This document shows, one piece after another, positions 30,596-40,671 of a DNA stretch of 64,000 nt. Position 1 is the first letter of the stretch. The number at the start of each line of letters is the position of its first letter. The stretch comes from an uncultured Bacilli bacterium. Its GTDB lineage: Bacteria > Bacillota_I > Bacilli_A > RF39 > UBA660. The position numbers and the translations under genes were made by a program. The notes below the pieces were generated by a model. The model made no database searches. It saw nothing but the letters and a program-made list of their open reading frames with translations, and was not told where the DNA came from. Where the stretch lies: the NCBI GenBank assembly GCA_934141535.1, contig CAKPCH010000006.1, forward strand, positions 3,434 to 67,433. Direction: 5' to 3'.

Positions 30596-31601
30596 AAGTC
30601 ATAAGTGCTACCATTAAAACTCCATATATAATATAACCTATTTCTCTATCTACCAAAAGCCATATAATTGAAGCAGTACTAAATAAAATTGTTATTAAAT
30701 ATATAATTAATACAGCAGTTTTAACACTACAATTTCTTCTTAGTAATTGATGATGAAAATGACTTTTATCAGGTGTACCAATACTTTCTCCTTTAAGTTT
30801 TCTTCTTATTATCGCACATAACGTATCAAGTATAGGCACTATTAATATAAATAACGGAATAATTATTGAAGATGTTATAATTGTCTTAAATCCTAAGAGA
30901 GTTATTACTGCAATCATAAACCCTAAAAACATAGATCCAGAATCACCCATAAATATTTTAGCAGGATTAAAATTATGTACTAAAAATCCTAAAGTTGAAC
31001 CAAACATTACAAAAGTTAAAACTACTGATAATCCTACTCTTCCTTGAGCATAAGCTATTATGCCTATTGTAAGAAAGAAAATAGAACTAATTCCTCCTGC
31101 AAGTCCATCTAATCCATCTATTAAGTTTACACAATTTATACATCCTAATATAAATATAATAGTTATAGGATAAGCAAATAATTTAAAATCTAAATATAAT
31201 CCAAAGAATGTAATATCTTTAAGTAAAATATTTCCATAAAAAACTACAATAACGGCTGCTATAACTTGTCCAATTAACTTAGGCAATGGTTTTAATGGAT
31301 TAATATCATCTATCATTCCAGTTATAAGTAATACAAAACTTCCTATAAGAATTGAATTCATTGTTGGTGTTTGTTCACCAAATATCATATAACCTAATAA
31401 AAATCCAGAATATATTCCAAGACCACCAAGTCTTGGCATTGGAACCTTATGTACTTTTCTTTCATTAGGCATATCCATTGCATTAACATGAAGTGCTATT
31501 TTTTTAACAAAAGGTATTATTGATACAACAAATATAAATGATATAAAACTCATTAATAATATTGTTGTAAGATTTGTTGTTTCCATCTTTTTTTCCTCCA
31601 A
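30531..31601 (-). CDS. Undecaprenyl-phosphate sugar-1-phosphate transferase (WecA/TagO-like, MraY family)
   Basis: 356 aa with about 10 TM helices and MraY/WecA motifs (NAMDMPNERKVH, IDGLDGLAGG, FMGDSGSMFLG). Probable initiating enzyme of the locus. Confidence 0.8.
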   Translation of the reverse strand: MEEKKMETTNLTTILLMSFISFIFVVSIIPFVKKIALHVNAMDMPNERKVHKVPMPRLGGLGIYSGFLLGYMIFGEQTPTMNSILIGSFVLLITGMIDDINPLKPLPKLIGQVIAAVIVVFYGNILLKDITFFGLYLDFKLFAYPITIIFILGCINCVNLIDGLDGLAGGISSIFFLTIGIIAYAQGRVGLSVVLTFVMFGSTLGFLVHNFNPAKIFMGDSGSMFLGFMIAVITLLGFKTIITSSIIIPLFILIVPILDTLCAIIRRKLKGESIGTPDKSHFHHQLLRRNCSVKTAVLIIYLITILFSTASIIWLLVDREIGYIIYGVLMVALMTFVFKTDILFDHKKKGKTNEKQ

Positions 31602-31739
31602 ACAGATATAAAATAAAATATCTTATATCACTACAAATAATTATATCACAATTATACACTTTTACAAAGAATTCGACTTTATTTTTAATATTTAGTTTAT
31701 TTTTTTTTGTAAATAAGTTATAATAATCTTGGTGATGAT

Positions 31740-32360
31740 ATGAAAAAGATAGATTTAAGTGATATAAAAGAAAATGATTTAGACAAAACTTCTTCATTTA
31801 CTGATTTAATGTCAAAAAGAGAAAAAAAGTATAGAGCTAAGCAAATAGATGAAACATTAAATAGTGATGATATTGAAGACATGGTAAATGAAAAAAAGAA
31901 AAGTACAAAAGATTTATCTAAAGAACTTGAAGAAGCAAAAAACATATATAATAAAGAATATAACATAAAAAAAGAAGAAAATACTAAAGCAGAAAACGAA
32001 GATAAAGAAGATAATTTGGGTAAAACTCAAATACTAGAATTAACTAGACAAATGAAATTTAATTTTGAAGAAAATAAACAAGAGAATAATAAAAATAAGA
32101 AAAAAGGAATTTCTATTTTAAATGTTATTGGTGAAGTTAATCTATTTTGTATTGCATACTATATCTATTTATTAGGATTTACTAATTACCAAGATGATAG
32201 AAATAATTATATGATTAATGGTGGTATAATTATATTGTTAGTCTTATTATTTGGACTATCTGTTGTAACAAATAAAAAAGTAAGTAAATTCTTTAACATA
32301 TTAAATATACTTACATTATTAGCTTTCTTAGGATTTAATGCATATACTACATTTTGTTAA
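31740..32360 (+). CDS. Hypothetical membrane protein (charged N-terminal domain plus two C-terminal TM helices)
   Basis: 206-aa plus-strand ORF followed by a clear intrinsic terminator. The N-terminal half is K/E-rich. Confidence 0.45.
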   Translation: MKKIDLSDIKENDLDKTSSFTDLMSKREKKYRAKQIDETLNSDDIEDMVNEKKKSTKDLSKELEEAKNIYNKEYNIKKEENTKAENEDKEDNLGKTQILELTRQMKFNFEENKQENNKNKKKGISILNVIGEVNLFCIAYYIYLLGFTNYQDDRNNYMINGGIIILLVLLFGLSVVTNKKVSKFFNILNILTLLAFLGFNAYTTFC

Positions 32361-32361
32361 T

Positions 32362-32388
32362 AAAAAAAAGACAATCGTCTTTTTTTTT
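32362..32388 (+). terminator. Intrinsic terminator after the plus-strand membrane-protein gene
   Basis: AAAAAAAAGACaatcGTCTTTTTTTTT: a short GC core with an extended A/T stem, then a U-tract. Confidence 0.5.
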
Positions 32389-32530
32389 GCAGAAAACCTG
32401 CTATATATAAACACCTTACCTAAGGTGAGGTGTAACAAATAACACCATTTTCATTTTTTAATATTTATTATTTTTTAAATTTTATTCACATTACATAATA
32501 ATATATTCTTAAAATTTAAATTTGTGAATC

Positions 32531-32569
32531 AAAAAAGCAAGTAATTTTTTAAAATATTACTTGCTTTTT
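32531..32569 (-). terminator. Rho-independent terminator downstream of rpe
   Basis: Perfect 10-bp stem AGCAAGTAAT/ATTACTTGCT with a 10-nt loop. Flanked by an A-run and a T-run, so it can act in both directions. Sits directly after the rpe stop. Confidence 0.6.
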
Positions 32570-32584
32570 AATAACCATTTTAAA

Positions 32585-33211
32585 CTATCTTAATGACTTT
32601 ATAGCAGTCTCATAGTCTTGTTTAGTAATATAACTTCCAACAACACATATATCAGCATTATTTACTAATTTAATAGTTTCATTGTTAATACCGCCATCTA
32701 CTTCAATTAGGAAATTATAATTTCCTTTCTCTCTTAAAGTATATAATTGATTAACTTTATTTATACTATTTTCTATAAATGTTTGTCCACCACGTCCTGG
32801 TTCAACACTCATAACAAGTACTAAATCTAAATAAGGTAAATAATCTATTATTTCTTTTACATCTGTTTTAGGTTTAATAGACATTCCTACTTTTATACCT
32901 AAATCTTTTATATATTTTATAACTCCACTAACTTCACTTACTGCTTCATAATGAAAAGTTAAAAATTCTGGATTAAGGTATGAAAACTCATCTATATATT
33001 TTTTAACATCACTAACCATTAAATGTATATCTTTAGGTTTAGTTACATAATGAGTTATATATTCAAATTCTTGTGCGGTATATGTTTTATTTTCAACAAA
33101 TATACCATCCATAACATCTAAATGTATATAATCAATATCTAAATTACTTAATTTATTAAGTTCATCTACTATTGGACTTTTTATATCTAAGAAAGATGCT
33201 GCTATTTTCAT
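32585..33211 (-). CDS. rpe: Ribulose-phosphate 3-epimerase
   Basis: 208 aa with MKIAASFLDIKSPIVDELNKL, HLDVMDG, and metal and substrate motifs (DGGIN). Confidence 0.9.
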   Translation of the reverse strand: MKIAASFLDIKSPIVDELNKLSNLDIDYIHLDVMDGIFVENKTYTAQEFEYITHYVTKPKDIHLMVSDVKKYIDEFSYLNPEFLTFHYEAVSEVSGVIKYIKDLGIKVGMSIKPKTDVKEIIDYLPYLDLVLVMSVEPGRGGQTFIENSINKVNQLYTLREKGNYNFLIEVDGGINNETIKLVNNADICVVGSYITKQDYETAIKSLR

Positions 33212-33213
33212 AA

Positions 33214-34044
33214 TTACCTCTTCTCTATAAACTTAATATAATTATCATATCTACTTTTTAATATTATATTATTTTTAACTTTATCTTTTATAGCACAGTT
33301 TTTTTCATTAATATGCATACAATCACTATATTCACAATTTTCTTTATATTTATTAAATTCTATAAAATTATCTCTTATATCTTCTTTTTTCATGTTATTT
33401 AGTGTTATAGCACTAAATCCTGGTGTATCGGCTATAAGTCCACCTAATACATTTATAAGTTCTGTATGTCTTGTTGTATGTTTTCCACGTCCAAGAGCAT
33501 ATGATACTTCTCCTGTTTCTAAATTTAAACTATTATCTAATCTATTTAATAAAGAACTTTTTCCAGCACCACTTTGTCCGGCAAATACTGTTATTTTATC
33601 TTTAAATATATCTTTTAGTTTATCACTAGTATTATCATATACTTCATAACCAATGCTCATATAATAGTCTTTTACTTTATTTATTTCTTCTAATTCTTCT
33701 TCATTTAATAAATCTAATTTTGTAAAACATATAATTGGTTTTATATTGTTATATTCTATAATAGTTAAAAGTTTATCTAATAAATTTGATGAATAATCAG
33801 GTATTTTTACACTTGTTACTATTATTGCTTGATCTATATTAGCAACACTAGGTCTTTCTAATTCATTCTTTCTAGGTAATATATTTAATATATATTTATC
33901 TTGTTCATTTATTTCTACATTATCACCTACAAGTGGTGTTATACCTAATTTTCTAAATTTACCACGTGCTTTACAAATATATAGTTTATTATCACTAATA
34001 ACAGTATAATCATTACTTATTTGTTTAATTATTTTTCCTACCAT
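33214..34044 (-). CDS. rsgA: Ribosome small-subunit-dependent GTPase A
   Basis: N-terminal OB domain, a circularly permuted GTPase (GQSGAGKSSLLN) and a C-terminal zinc finger (CEYSDCMHINEKNCAI). The start is placed at the internal Met (MVGKIIKQ) so that it abuts the prkC stop. Confidence 0.9.
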   Translation of the reverse strand: MVGKIIKQISNDYTVISDNKLYICKARGKFRKLGITPLVGDNVEINEQDKYILNILPRKNELERPSVANIDQAIIVTSVKIPDYSSNLLDKLLTIIEYNNIKPIICFTKLDLLNEEELEEINKVKDYYMSIGYEVYDNTSDKLKDIFKDKITVFAGQSGAGKSSLLNRLDNSLNLETGEVSYALGRGKHTTRHTELINVLGGLIADTPGFSAITLNNMKKEDIRDNFIEFNKYKENCEYSDCMHINEKNCAIKDKVKNNIILKSRYDNYIKFIEKR

Positions 34045-34045
34045 C

Positions 34046-35788
34046 TTATCCTCTTGCTTTATTATCAGTATTTTGTGATGTATTATCCTTAGTATCATCA
34101 GTTTTTGTTTCTTCTTTTTTTGAATTAGTTGCTATAGTAATTGTAATTGAAGTACCTATTTTAACTTCATCACCAGCACCACGAGACTGTAATATTATAG
34201 CGCCCTGCTTATAGTTATTATCAACTTCTTCTCTAAAGTTACATACTATTTTATTATCATCACAGAATTGTTGAATTAAATCTTTAGTATATGTACCATC
34301 AGTAAAATCAGGATATACTACTACTAATGTAGCATATGTAAGTTCTATTACATCATTATCTTTTTGAAGTCTTTTACCTTTTTCTACACTTTGACTAATT
34401 ATTTCATTTTCTTCATATTCATCATCTTCAGTAACTTTTGAAGGAGTTGTAATAACTCTAATACCTTCTTTTTCTAATTCGGCTTTTACTACTTCTAATT
34501 GTTTTCCTTTATAATCATCTACTACTATTGTATTTTCAAATGAAGTTACTTTAAGTGTCACAATATTTCCTTCTTTTACTTTTGATAAAGATTTAGGATT
34601 AACTGATGTTACTACATCTTCATCTAACTCGCTATCATATACATATTTAACAGAACAAACTAATCCTTTTTTAGTAATTTTTTTACATGCTTCTTTTTCA
34701 CTTAGTCCTATTAAATCATTTGGAACTTCTACCTCTTTACTACCATTTAAACTAAATATAAGAATAAATGCTAAACCTATAAAAACTATAGCAACACAAG
34801 AAATACCTGCTACTTTTAAAGCAACATTTATTTTTTTATCTTCTTTTTCTTCTTGTATACTATCTTTATTTTTTATTTCCCTAGATTCTAATTTAGTTAT
34901 AGTTTTATCTTCATCAGTATTATGTTCAGGATATTTATAAACTAATCTTGGTTCTTTTAATCTATCTTCAAAAAGACAAGTTCTAAGATCTTCATACATA
35001 TCATTTACTGAATCATATCTATTTTTAGGATTTTTAGCACATGCTTTTAATATTATATTTTCTACACTTTGTGGAATAGATGGATTAATAGCACATACAC
35101 TAGGTATTGGATCTTTCATATGTTTTATAGCTATTTCAACAGCATTATCTCCTTTAAATGGTACTTTACCTGTTAATAGTTCAAACATTAATATACCAAG
35201 TGAATATATATCACTTTTTATAGTAGAGCCTGCTCCACTTGCTTGTTCTGGTGGAAGATAATGAACTGAACCCATAACACTATTTGTTTGAGTTAATTCA
35301 TTACTATTAAGTGCCATAGCTATACCAAAATCAGTTATTTTAACTCTTCCATCTTCAAGTATTAATACATTTTGAGGTTTAATATCTCTATGTATTATGT
35401 ATGAATCATGAGCACATGCAATACCACTTGCAAGCTGTAGCATAATATCTATAGCTTCTGTTAAGTTAAGAGCACCTCTTTTTTTTATTAAACTCTTTAA
35501 TGTTTTTCCATTTACATATTCCATTACAATGAAATATTTACCATTATCTTCTCCTACATCATACATTTCTACTATATTAGGATGTCTAAGTGAACTAGCA
35601 GAATTTGCTTCTCTTTGAAACCTTCTTACGAATTTTTCATCATCTGCCAAATCTCCTCTTAATACTTTAACAGCTACTTCACGTTCTAGTATAGTATCCC
35701 AAGCTAAATATACATTAGCCATTCCACCTTCACCAATAGCTTTTATAACTTTATAACGATTATCAATTAGTTCCCCTTTATTAATCAT
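34046..35788 (-). CDS. prkC: Ser/Thr protein kinase PrkC with PASTA repeats
   Basis: 580 aa. Hanks kinase (GEGGMANVY, HRDIKPQN, DFGIA), a TM helix, then extracellular PASTA-like repeats. Conserved stp-prkC-rsgA-rpe synteny. Confidence 0.9.
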   Translation of the reverse strand: MINKGELIDNRYKVIKAIGEGGMANVYLAWDTILEREVAVKVLRGDLADDEKFVRRFQREANSASSLRHPNIVEMYDVGEDNGKYFIVMEYVNGKTLKSLIKKRGALNLTEAIDIMLQLASGIACAHDSYIIHRDIKPQNVLILEDGRVKITDFGIAMALNSNELTQTNSVMGSVHYLPPEQASGAGSTIKSDIYSLGILMFELLTGKVPFKGDNAVEIAIKHMKDPIPSVCAINPSIPQSVENIILKACAKNPKNRYDSVNDMYEDLRTCLFEDRLKEPRLVYKYPEHNTDEDKTITKLESREIKNKDSIQEEKEDKKINVALKVAGISCVAIVFIGLAFILIFSLNGSKEVEVPNDLIGLSEKEACKKITKKGLVCSVKYVYDSELDEDVVTSVNPKSLSKVKEGNIVTLKVTSFENTIVVDDYKGKQLEVVKAELEKEGIRVITTPSKVTEDDEYEENEIISQSVEKGKRLQKDNDVIELTYATLVVVYPDFTDGTYTKDLIQQFCDDNKIVCNFREEVDNNYKQGAIILQSRGAGDEVKIGTSITITIATNSKKEETKTDDTKDNTSQNTDNKARG

Positions 35789-36521
35789 GATTATCCTCCT
35801 TCAATAAACATGCAATAGAAATATTATCATTGCCTCCACGATTGTTAGCTTTAAAAACTAATTTTTCTAACTTTTCTTCTAATGATATATCTTCACTTAA
35901 AACACGAGCTATTTGTGTATCATCTAGCATATTAGTAAGTCCATCACTACATAAGAAAATACCATCTATATTAAGTTCTACATTAAATATATCCATCTCT
36001 ACATTAGTACTACTACCAAGAGCTTTCATAAGTACATTTTTCTTTGGATGATTACGTGCCTCTTCTTCTGTTAATTCACCACTCTTAAGAAGTAAATTTA
36101 CTAAAGTATGATCAACTGTTATTTTATGCATCTTTTTATTTTTATAAATATATCCAGATGAATCTCCTATATTTCCTATAAGTAAGAAAGAAGGAGTTAG
36201 GATTGATAATACTATAGTAGTACCCATACCTTGACTTTCAGGATGATCTTTAACATACTTAAATATCTCCATATTTGCTTCACTAACAGTACTTTGTATC
36301 CAATTAATAGCATCCTCTTTATTTCCTACACTACTAATATTTTTAAATCTATCACAAATTAAAGAAAGAGCGATTGATGAGGCAACTTCTCCATTTTTAT
36401 GTCCACCCATACCATCTGCTACTATTAGTAATAATTCATTTGTTTGATTAGCTACTATAGATACACTATCTTCATTACGTTCTCTTACTTTACCTTTATC
36501 AGTTATATAACAATATTGCAT
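35781..36521 (-). CDS. stp: PP2C-family Ser/Thr phosphatase Stp
   Basis: PP2C motifs (DKGKVRERNED, ADGMGGH, DGLTN). The start is placed at the Met of MQYCYITDKG, which avoids a 44-nt overlap with rlmN. Confidence 0.85.
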   Translation of the reverse strand: MQYCYITDKGKVRERNEDSVSIVANQTNELLLIVADGMGGHKNGEVASSIALSLICDRFKNISSVGNKEDAINWIQSTVSEANMEIFKYVKDHPESQGMGTTIVLSILTPSFLLIGNIGDSSGYIYKNKKMHKITVDHTLVNLLLKSGELTEEEARNHPKKNVLMKALGSSTNVEMDIFNVELNIDGIFLCSDGLTNMLDDTQIARVLSEDISLEEKLEKLVFKANNRGGNDNISIACLLKEDNHD

Positions 36522-36522
36522 A

Positions 36523-37545
36523 TTATACCTCCTCATAATGTGAACGGAGTTGTCCACAAGCACCATTTACTTTACTACCAAATTCACGTCTTATAGTAAC
36601 TCCTATATTATTTTTCTTCAATGTATCATAAAATTCAATAATTTTTTCTTGACTACTCTTTTTATATTCTATATGACTAGTTTCATTATATGGAATTAAA
36701 TTTACATAACAATTCATTCCACGTAATAAGTTAGAAAGATTTATAGCACACTCTTTTGTATCATTAATATTATCTAGCATAATATATTCAAAAGTTACTC
36801 TTCTATTTGTTTTATTAATATATTCTTTTACAGCACTTATTACTTCTTCTATAGGATAAGCCTTATTAATATTCATTATTTTATTTCTTACTTCATTATT
36901 TGGAGCATGAAGACTTATTGCTAAATTTACTTGTTTATCATAATTAGCAAACTCTTTTATTTTAGGAACTATACCACATGTAGAAACTGTTATATGTCTA
37001 GATCCTATATCAATGCCTTTATTACAATTAACTATATCTATAAATTTTATTACATTATCATAATTATCAAAAGGTTCACCAATTCCCATTAAAACTATGT
37101 GAGAAATTCTTTGTTTTATTTCTTCTTCTACCATTAATATTTGTAAAACCATTTCATGAACTTCTAGATTTCTTCTTTTTTTAAGTCTTCCACTTTCACA
37201 AAATTTACATCCCATATTACATCCTACTTGAGTAGAGATACAAATACTTGTCCCATAATCATGATACATAAGAACTGCCTCTACGTGCTCATTATCTTCT
37301 AATTTAAATAAAAATTTAGCAACGTCCTTATCTTCTTGTTTCTTGACTATTTCAAGTCTATCAAACCTAAAGTTTTCTTTCATAAGTTTTATTGTATCTT
37401 TAGATACGTTTCTCATATCATCAAAATTAGTAATTCTTTTTTTATAAACCCAATCAAATACCTGAGTTGCTTTAAATTTTTTATCATTAATAGATTCAAA
37501 GTAATTTTCTAATTCTTTTAACGTTATATCATAAATATTTTTCAT
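36523..37545 (-). CDS. rlmN: 23S rRNA/tRNA m2A methyltransferase RlmN (radical SAM)
   Basis: 340 aa with the CNMGCKFC radical-SAM cluster and a conserved C-terminal Cys (GACGQL). Confidence 0.9.
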   Translation of the reverse strand: MKNIYDITLKELENYFESINDKKFKATQVFDWVYKKRITNFDDMRNVSKDTIKLMKENFRFDRLEIVKKQEDKDVAKFLFKLEDNEHVEAVLMYHDYGTSICISTQVGCNMGCKFCESGRLKKRRNLEVHEMVLQILMVEEEIKQRISHIVLMGIGEPFDNYDNVIKFIDIVNCNKGIDIGSRHITVSTCGIVPKIKEFANYDKQVNLAISLHAPNNEVRNKIMNINKAYPIEEVISAVKEYINKTNRRVTFEYIMLDNINDTKECAINLSNLLRGMNCYVNLIPYNETSHIEYKKSSQEKIIEFYDTLKKNNIGVTIRREFGSKVNGACGQLRSHYEEV

Positions 37546-37613
37546 AATCTACACCTTTAATAATTATATCAAATATTTGTAAAAAATAATAGACAATTTT
37601 AAGCATTTGAAAT

Positions 37614-37650
37614 ATAAAAAAACACATTCTTTAATTTGAATGTGTTTTAA
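37614..37650 (-). terminator. Intrinsic terminator after the zinc-ribbon membrane protein gene
   Basis: 9-bp stem AACACATTC/GAATGTGTT with an 8-nt loop and flanking T-run and A-run. It separates this gene from the rlmN operon. Confidence 0.55.
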
Positions 37651-37652
37651 AA

Positions 37653-38375
37653 TTATAATTGTTTACCACAGTTCGTACAGAATCTAGCATTCTCTAAAAT
37701 GGGTGCTCCACAATTTGTACAAAACATAGGACGTTGAACTTGTGGTTCTTGATTGCTTTGTACTGGTTGTTGAGTTCCTAAAGTAGGAATAGGTGCTTGT
37801 TCTACAGCAGCAACTGTATTCATATTATAATTATTAGTTGGTTGAACTTGTACTTCAGGTTGTACTGGTACTTGTGACATTGTTGGTTGAACGGGTTGAA
37901 TTGGTTGAACAAATCCTGTTTGTGGTCCTACATTTGGACTAGTTGGTTCATTTACTTCTCTATTTTGTGTATCATTACCTTCATAAACTGCATCATCTGA
38001 AAAAGCTAAGATTGCTCTAAATATTGGAGATAAAAGTGTTAAACCTACACCAAATCCTGTTGATTTGCCAAATTTTTTAGCTAATTCTATATTAATTTTA
38101 AATACTGCATATATATTAGCAAATGGTAAAAATAGTAAAGCAATATACCACATTGGTAATTCTACTATTTCTAATTCTATAATAACATTATAAATAGGTA
38201 CTATTGATTCCCAACCTTTTTTACCTGCTTTCTTAAAAATCTTCCAATTACAAACTATTGTAAAAACTGAAATAGCCATTGAAATTACCCAAGTAAAAGC
38301 CCCTACACCAGCAAGTATTGAAGCACTTTTTACACTGTCATAACCATAATCCCCATAATAACTATAATCGTACAT
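37653..38375 (-). CDS. Membrane protein with Pro/Gln-rich linker and C-terminal zinc-ribbon
   Basis: 240 aa with 3-4 TM helices, a low-complexity linker (PVQPEVQVQP) and a C-terminal CxxC...CxxC (CTNCGAPILENARFCTNCG). Confidence 0.55.
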   Translation of the reverse strand: MYDYSYYGDYGYDSVKSASILAGVGAFTWVISMAISVFTIVCNWKIFKKAGKKGWESIVPIYNVIIELEIVELPMWYIALLFLPFANIYAVFKINIELAKKFGKSTGFGVGLTLLSPIFRAILAFSDDAVYEGNDTQNREVNEPTSPNVGPQTGFVQPIQPVQPTMSQVPVQPEVQVQPTNNYNMNTVAAVEQAPIPTLGTQQPVQSNQEPQVQRPMFCTNCGAPILENARFCTNCGKQL

Positions 38376-38452
38376 ATTATCACTCCTTCTAGTATATATA
38401 CATTATACAATATTTTACAAAACTTTACAATAAATAATATATTTTAGAATAA

Positions 38453-39286
38453 CTAAAGTCTTCTTCCTCCACCGCCATGGAATGTACCACTACTTCCTCT
38501 ACTTATACTTGATCCACCTGAACTAGATGAGCTAGAACCACTTGATTCATTAATTCTAACAGAAGTAGTATGTGTTGTTATAAATCTATCATTTCTATTA
38601 CTTATAACTAAACTATTCTTTTTTAAATATACATTAGCACTTATAGCTTTTTTTACCATTTTATTCTTATTTATTAATATTAAAATAACTATTATAGATA
38701 TAACAAGCGATATAATAATAGGTACTAGTAAATCACTAAATGTAAATTTTTTACTACTTAAAAGTTCTCCATCTTCACCAATATATGTACCTTTATTTGA
38801 ATCAGCAACACCTAATGAAGCATAAGTTTTAGAATCACTAATAAATGAATTAAAAGCACTATAATAACTATCATAAATAGTATCAGCTATATTATCAAGC
38901 ATATTATTTATTCTAATATCATCATAAACTCTTATAGCTTCTCCAGTAGTAAGAATATATATATCCTTATAACCAAAAGTAAAATCTATAACAAATAAAA
39001 TACCATCTTTATTAGTCCCTAAACCAAAATTATTATAATCATAAAAATCCTCAGCATATGCTTTAGTAGTACTTTTCGTATGATATTTAACAGTTACTAA
39101 AACCATATCCATGTTATATGTGCTAATAAATTGATCTGCTTCCTCTTTTAAAGAATTTTCCTCTTCTTCTGTTAATACTTGAGCATAATCATATACATGT
39201 CTTGTAGTATCAAGTTCTACAGCACTTATCTTATTTATTCCTATAAACATTAAAACAATTAAAAATATAAATCTTATTTTTCTCAT
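38453..39286 (-). CDS. TPM-domain protein (YgcG-like) with TM helix and Gly/Ser-rich tail
   Basis: 277 aa with a signal peptide and a TPM-like domain (YDYAQVLTEEEENSLKEEADQF...VLVTV). A TM helix is followed by GSSSSSSGGSSISRGSSGTFHGGGGRR. Confidence 0.7.
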   Translation of the reverse strand: MRKIRFIFLIVLMFIGINKISAVELDTTRHVYDYAQVLTEEEENSLKEEADQFISTYNMDMVLVTVKYHTKSTTKAYAEDFYDYNNFGLGTNKDGILFVIDFTFGYKDIYILTTGEAIRVYDDIRINNMLDNIADTIYDSYYSAFNSFISDSKTYASLGVADSNKGTYIGEDGELLSSKKFTFSDLLVPIIISLVISIIVILILINKNKMVKKAISANVYLKKNSLVISNRNDRFITTHTTSVRINESSGSSSSSSGGSSISRGSSGTFHGGGGRRL

Positions 39287-40320
39287 GACATCACCACTAA
39301 ATTAATTCCTGTTATAATTAAAGTTAGTAAAATAAACATAATTACAAAAATTAATACTGCTTTCTTTTTATCTATAGGAATATTACCTAATAATTTACCA
39401 GTTTGACCATTCATAGCAAACGTATATATTTTATCTTTATACTTTATATTTAACATCCAAACAGGTAAAAGTACATAATTACAATTTGTCTTTTTTAATG
39501 TTATATCATTTTTTACAGGAACTACTGTATTATACCCAACTATATCATTATTTAATTGTTCAATAAATGAATTTTTAGCACGCTTTTCTGCTTCAGTTTC
39601 TGCTTCATTTTCATTTACATCATACTTTTCAGATAAGAAGCCTGATAAATATGAAAGATTAAAATCTTTTAAATCTTTATAATCAAAAGGTTCTATAGAA
39701 TTCATTATATCATTTTCAAATCTTTTAGATCCATCTACTGGTATTCTTTCAAAAGACATACTACCAGTACGGGTTGCTAAAAAAGTATCTGTTTTAGTAT
39801 AACTATAATTACCACTTCTCCAAGTAGTAATTTTCTTACAATCTGCTTCTATTGTACCTGCACTATCATAATCATATAACCAAAAAGGAATATATATACC
39901 ACTCATTTCATTAATATTTTTAGTATTATTAAATTCTTTTGGCATTAATATTTTACCTTTTCCAAGTTTTTTAAAAGCTTCAATAGCATCTTCTTTAGTA
40001 TATTTAAAAGGTATTAAATATTTAGGAGAAAATTCACCTTGAAGTTTATTTTTTAATATTGCAGTATTCTTACAATATATACATGATGTTGTACTTACAT
40101 TTGGAGACGCTACTATTAAAGCACCACAATTGTTACATACATATTCATTTAAACTATCTATAGATTCATCTATTACTTTTTTACTTTTTTTATTATAAGC
40201 ATCTATTTCTTCTAAATTAAATTCTCCCCTACAATATTCACAAACCCAACTTTGTGTATGAGGATTAAATTTTAATACTGAATCACAATTTGGACACTTA
40301 TGATCTATTGCACTATTCAT
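39283..40320 (-). CDS. Double zinc-ribbon protein with C-terminal TM anchor
   Basis: 345 aa with two N-terminal CxxC-x-CxxC ribbons (CPNCDS...CEYC; CNNCGA...CIYC) and a C-terminal TM helix. Overlaps the TPM gene by 4 nt. Confidence 0.55.
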   Translation of the reverse strand: MNSAIDHKCPNCDSVLKFNPHTQSWVCEYCRGEFNLEEIDAYNKKSKKVIDESIDSLNEYVCNNCGALIVASPNVSTTSCIYCKNTAILKNKLQGEFSPKYLIPFKYTKEDAIEAFKKLGKGKILMPKEFNNTKNINEMSGIYIPFWLYDYDSAGTIEADCKKITTWRSGNYSYTKTDTFLATRTGSMSFERIPVDGSKRFENDIMNSIEPFDYKDLKDFNLSYLSGFLSEKYDVNENEAETEAEKRAKNSFIEQLNNDIVGYNTVVPVKNDITLKKTNCNYVLLPVWMLNIKYKDKIYTFAMNGQTGKLLGNIPIDKKKAVLIFVIMFILLTLIITGINLVVMS

Positions 40321-40389
40321 CTTACCACCTACTCTATTAAGAGTATACCATAAAAAAAGACAAGTATCACTACTTTTGTCTTCTTTTTA

Positions 40390-40671
40390 TTATTTTTTTT
40401 CTTTTATCTTTTCTAATACAAAGTACTTACACTCATAACTACATAAATCTTTTATATAATTATCTTTAAATTTTATATCATTAATTTTATTACACATTTT
40501 ATTTAATTTAGTACAGAAACCTTTTAATCTTAATTTACCATAAGACCAATCACCTATTATATAATCATAATCATTAAAATAGTCTGTATATTTTTCTTTA
40601 ACTGATTCTAAATCAAATCCATCTTTGTAATTTTCTATTAAATTATATTTATTATTTTCTATTTCTATCAT
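40390..40671 (-). CDS. Hypothetical small cytoplasmic protein
   Basis: 93-aa ORF translationally coupled to the upstream gene (4-nt overlap). Rich in acidic, Tyr and Cys residues. Confidence 0.4.
   Translation of the reverse strand: MIEIENNKYNLIENYKDGFDLESVKEKYTDYFNDYDYIIGDWSYGKLRLKGFCTKLNKMCNKINDIKFKDNYIKDLCSYECKYFVLEKIKEKK

Noticed and set aside
31504-31966. Two minus-strand ORFs (97 aa and 82 aa) overlapping the start of the plus-strand membrane protein gene and the WecA gene region
   Set aside because: Low-complexity Ser/Phe/Leu-rich antisense frames with no RBS. The plus-strand ORF has a terminator and better coding character.
37546-37616. TG-extended -10 (TGATATAAT) as the rlmN promoter
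   Set aside because: The predicted transcription start would fall inside the rlmN Shine-Dalgarno, leaving no leader. The real promoter is probably elsewhere or this call is wrong.
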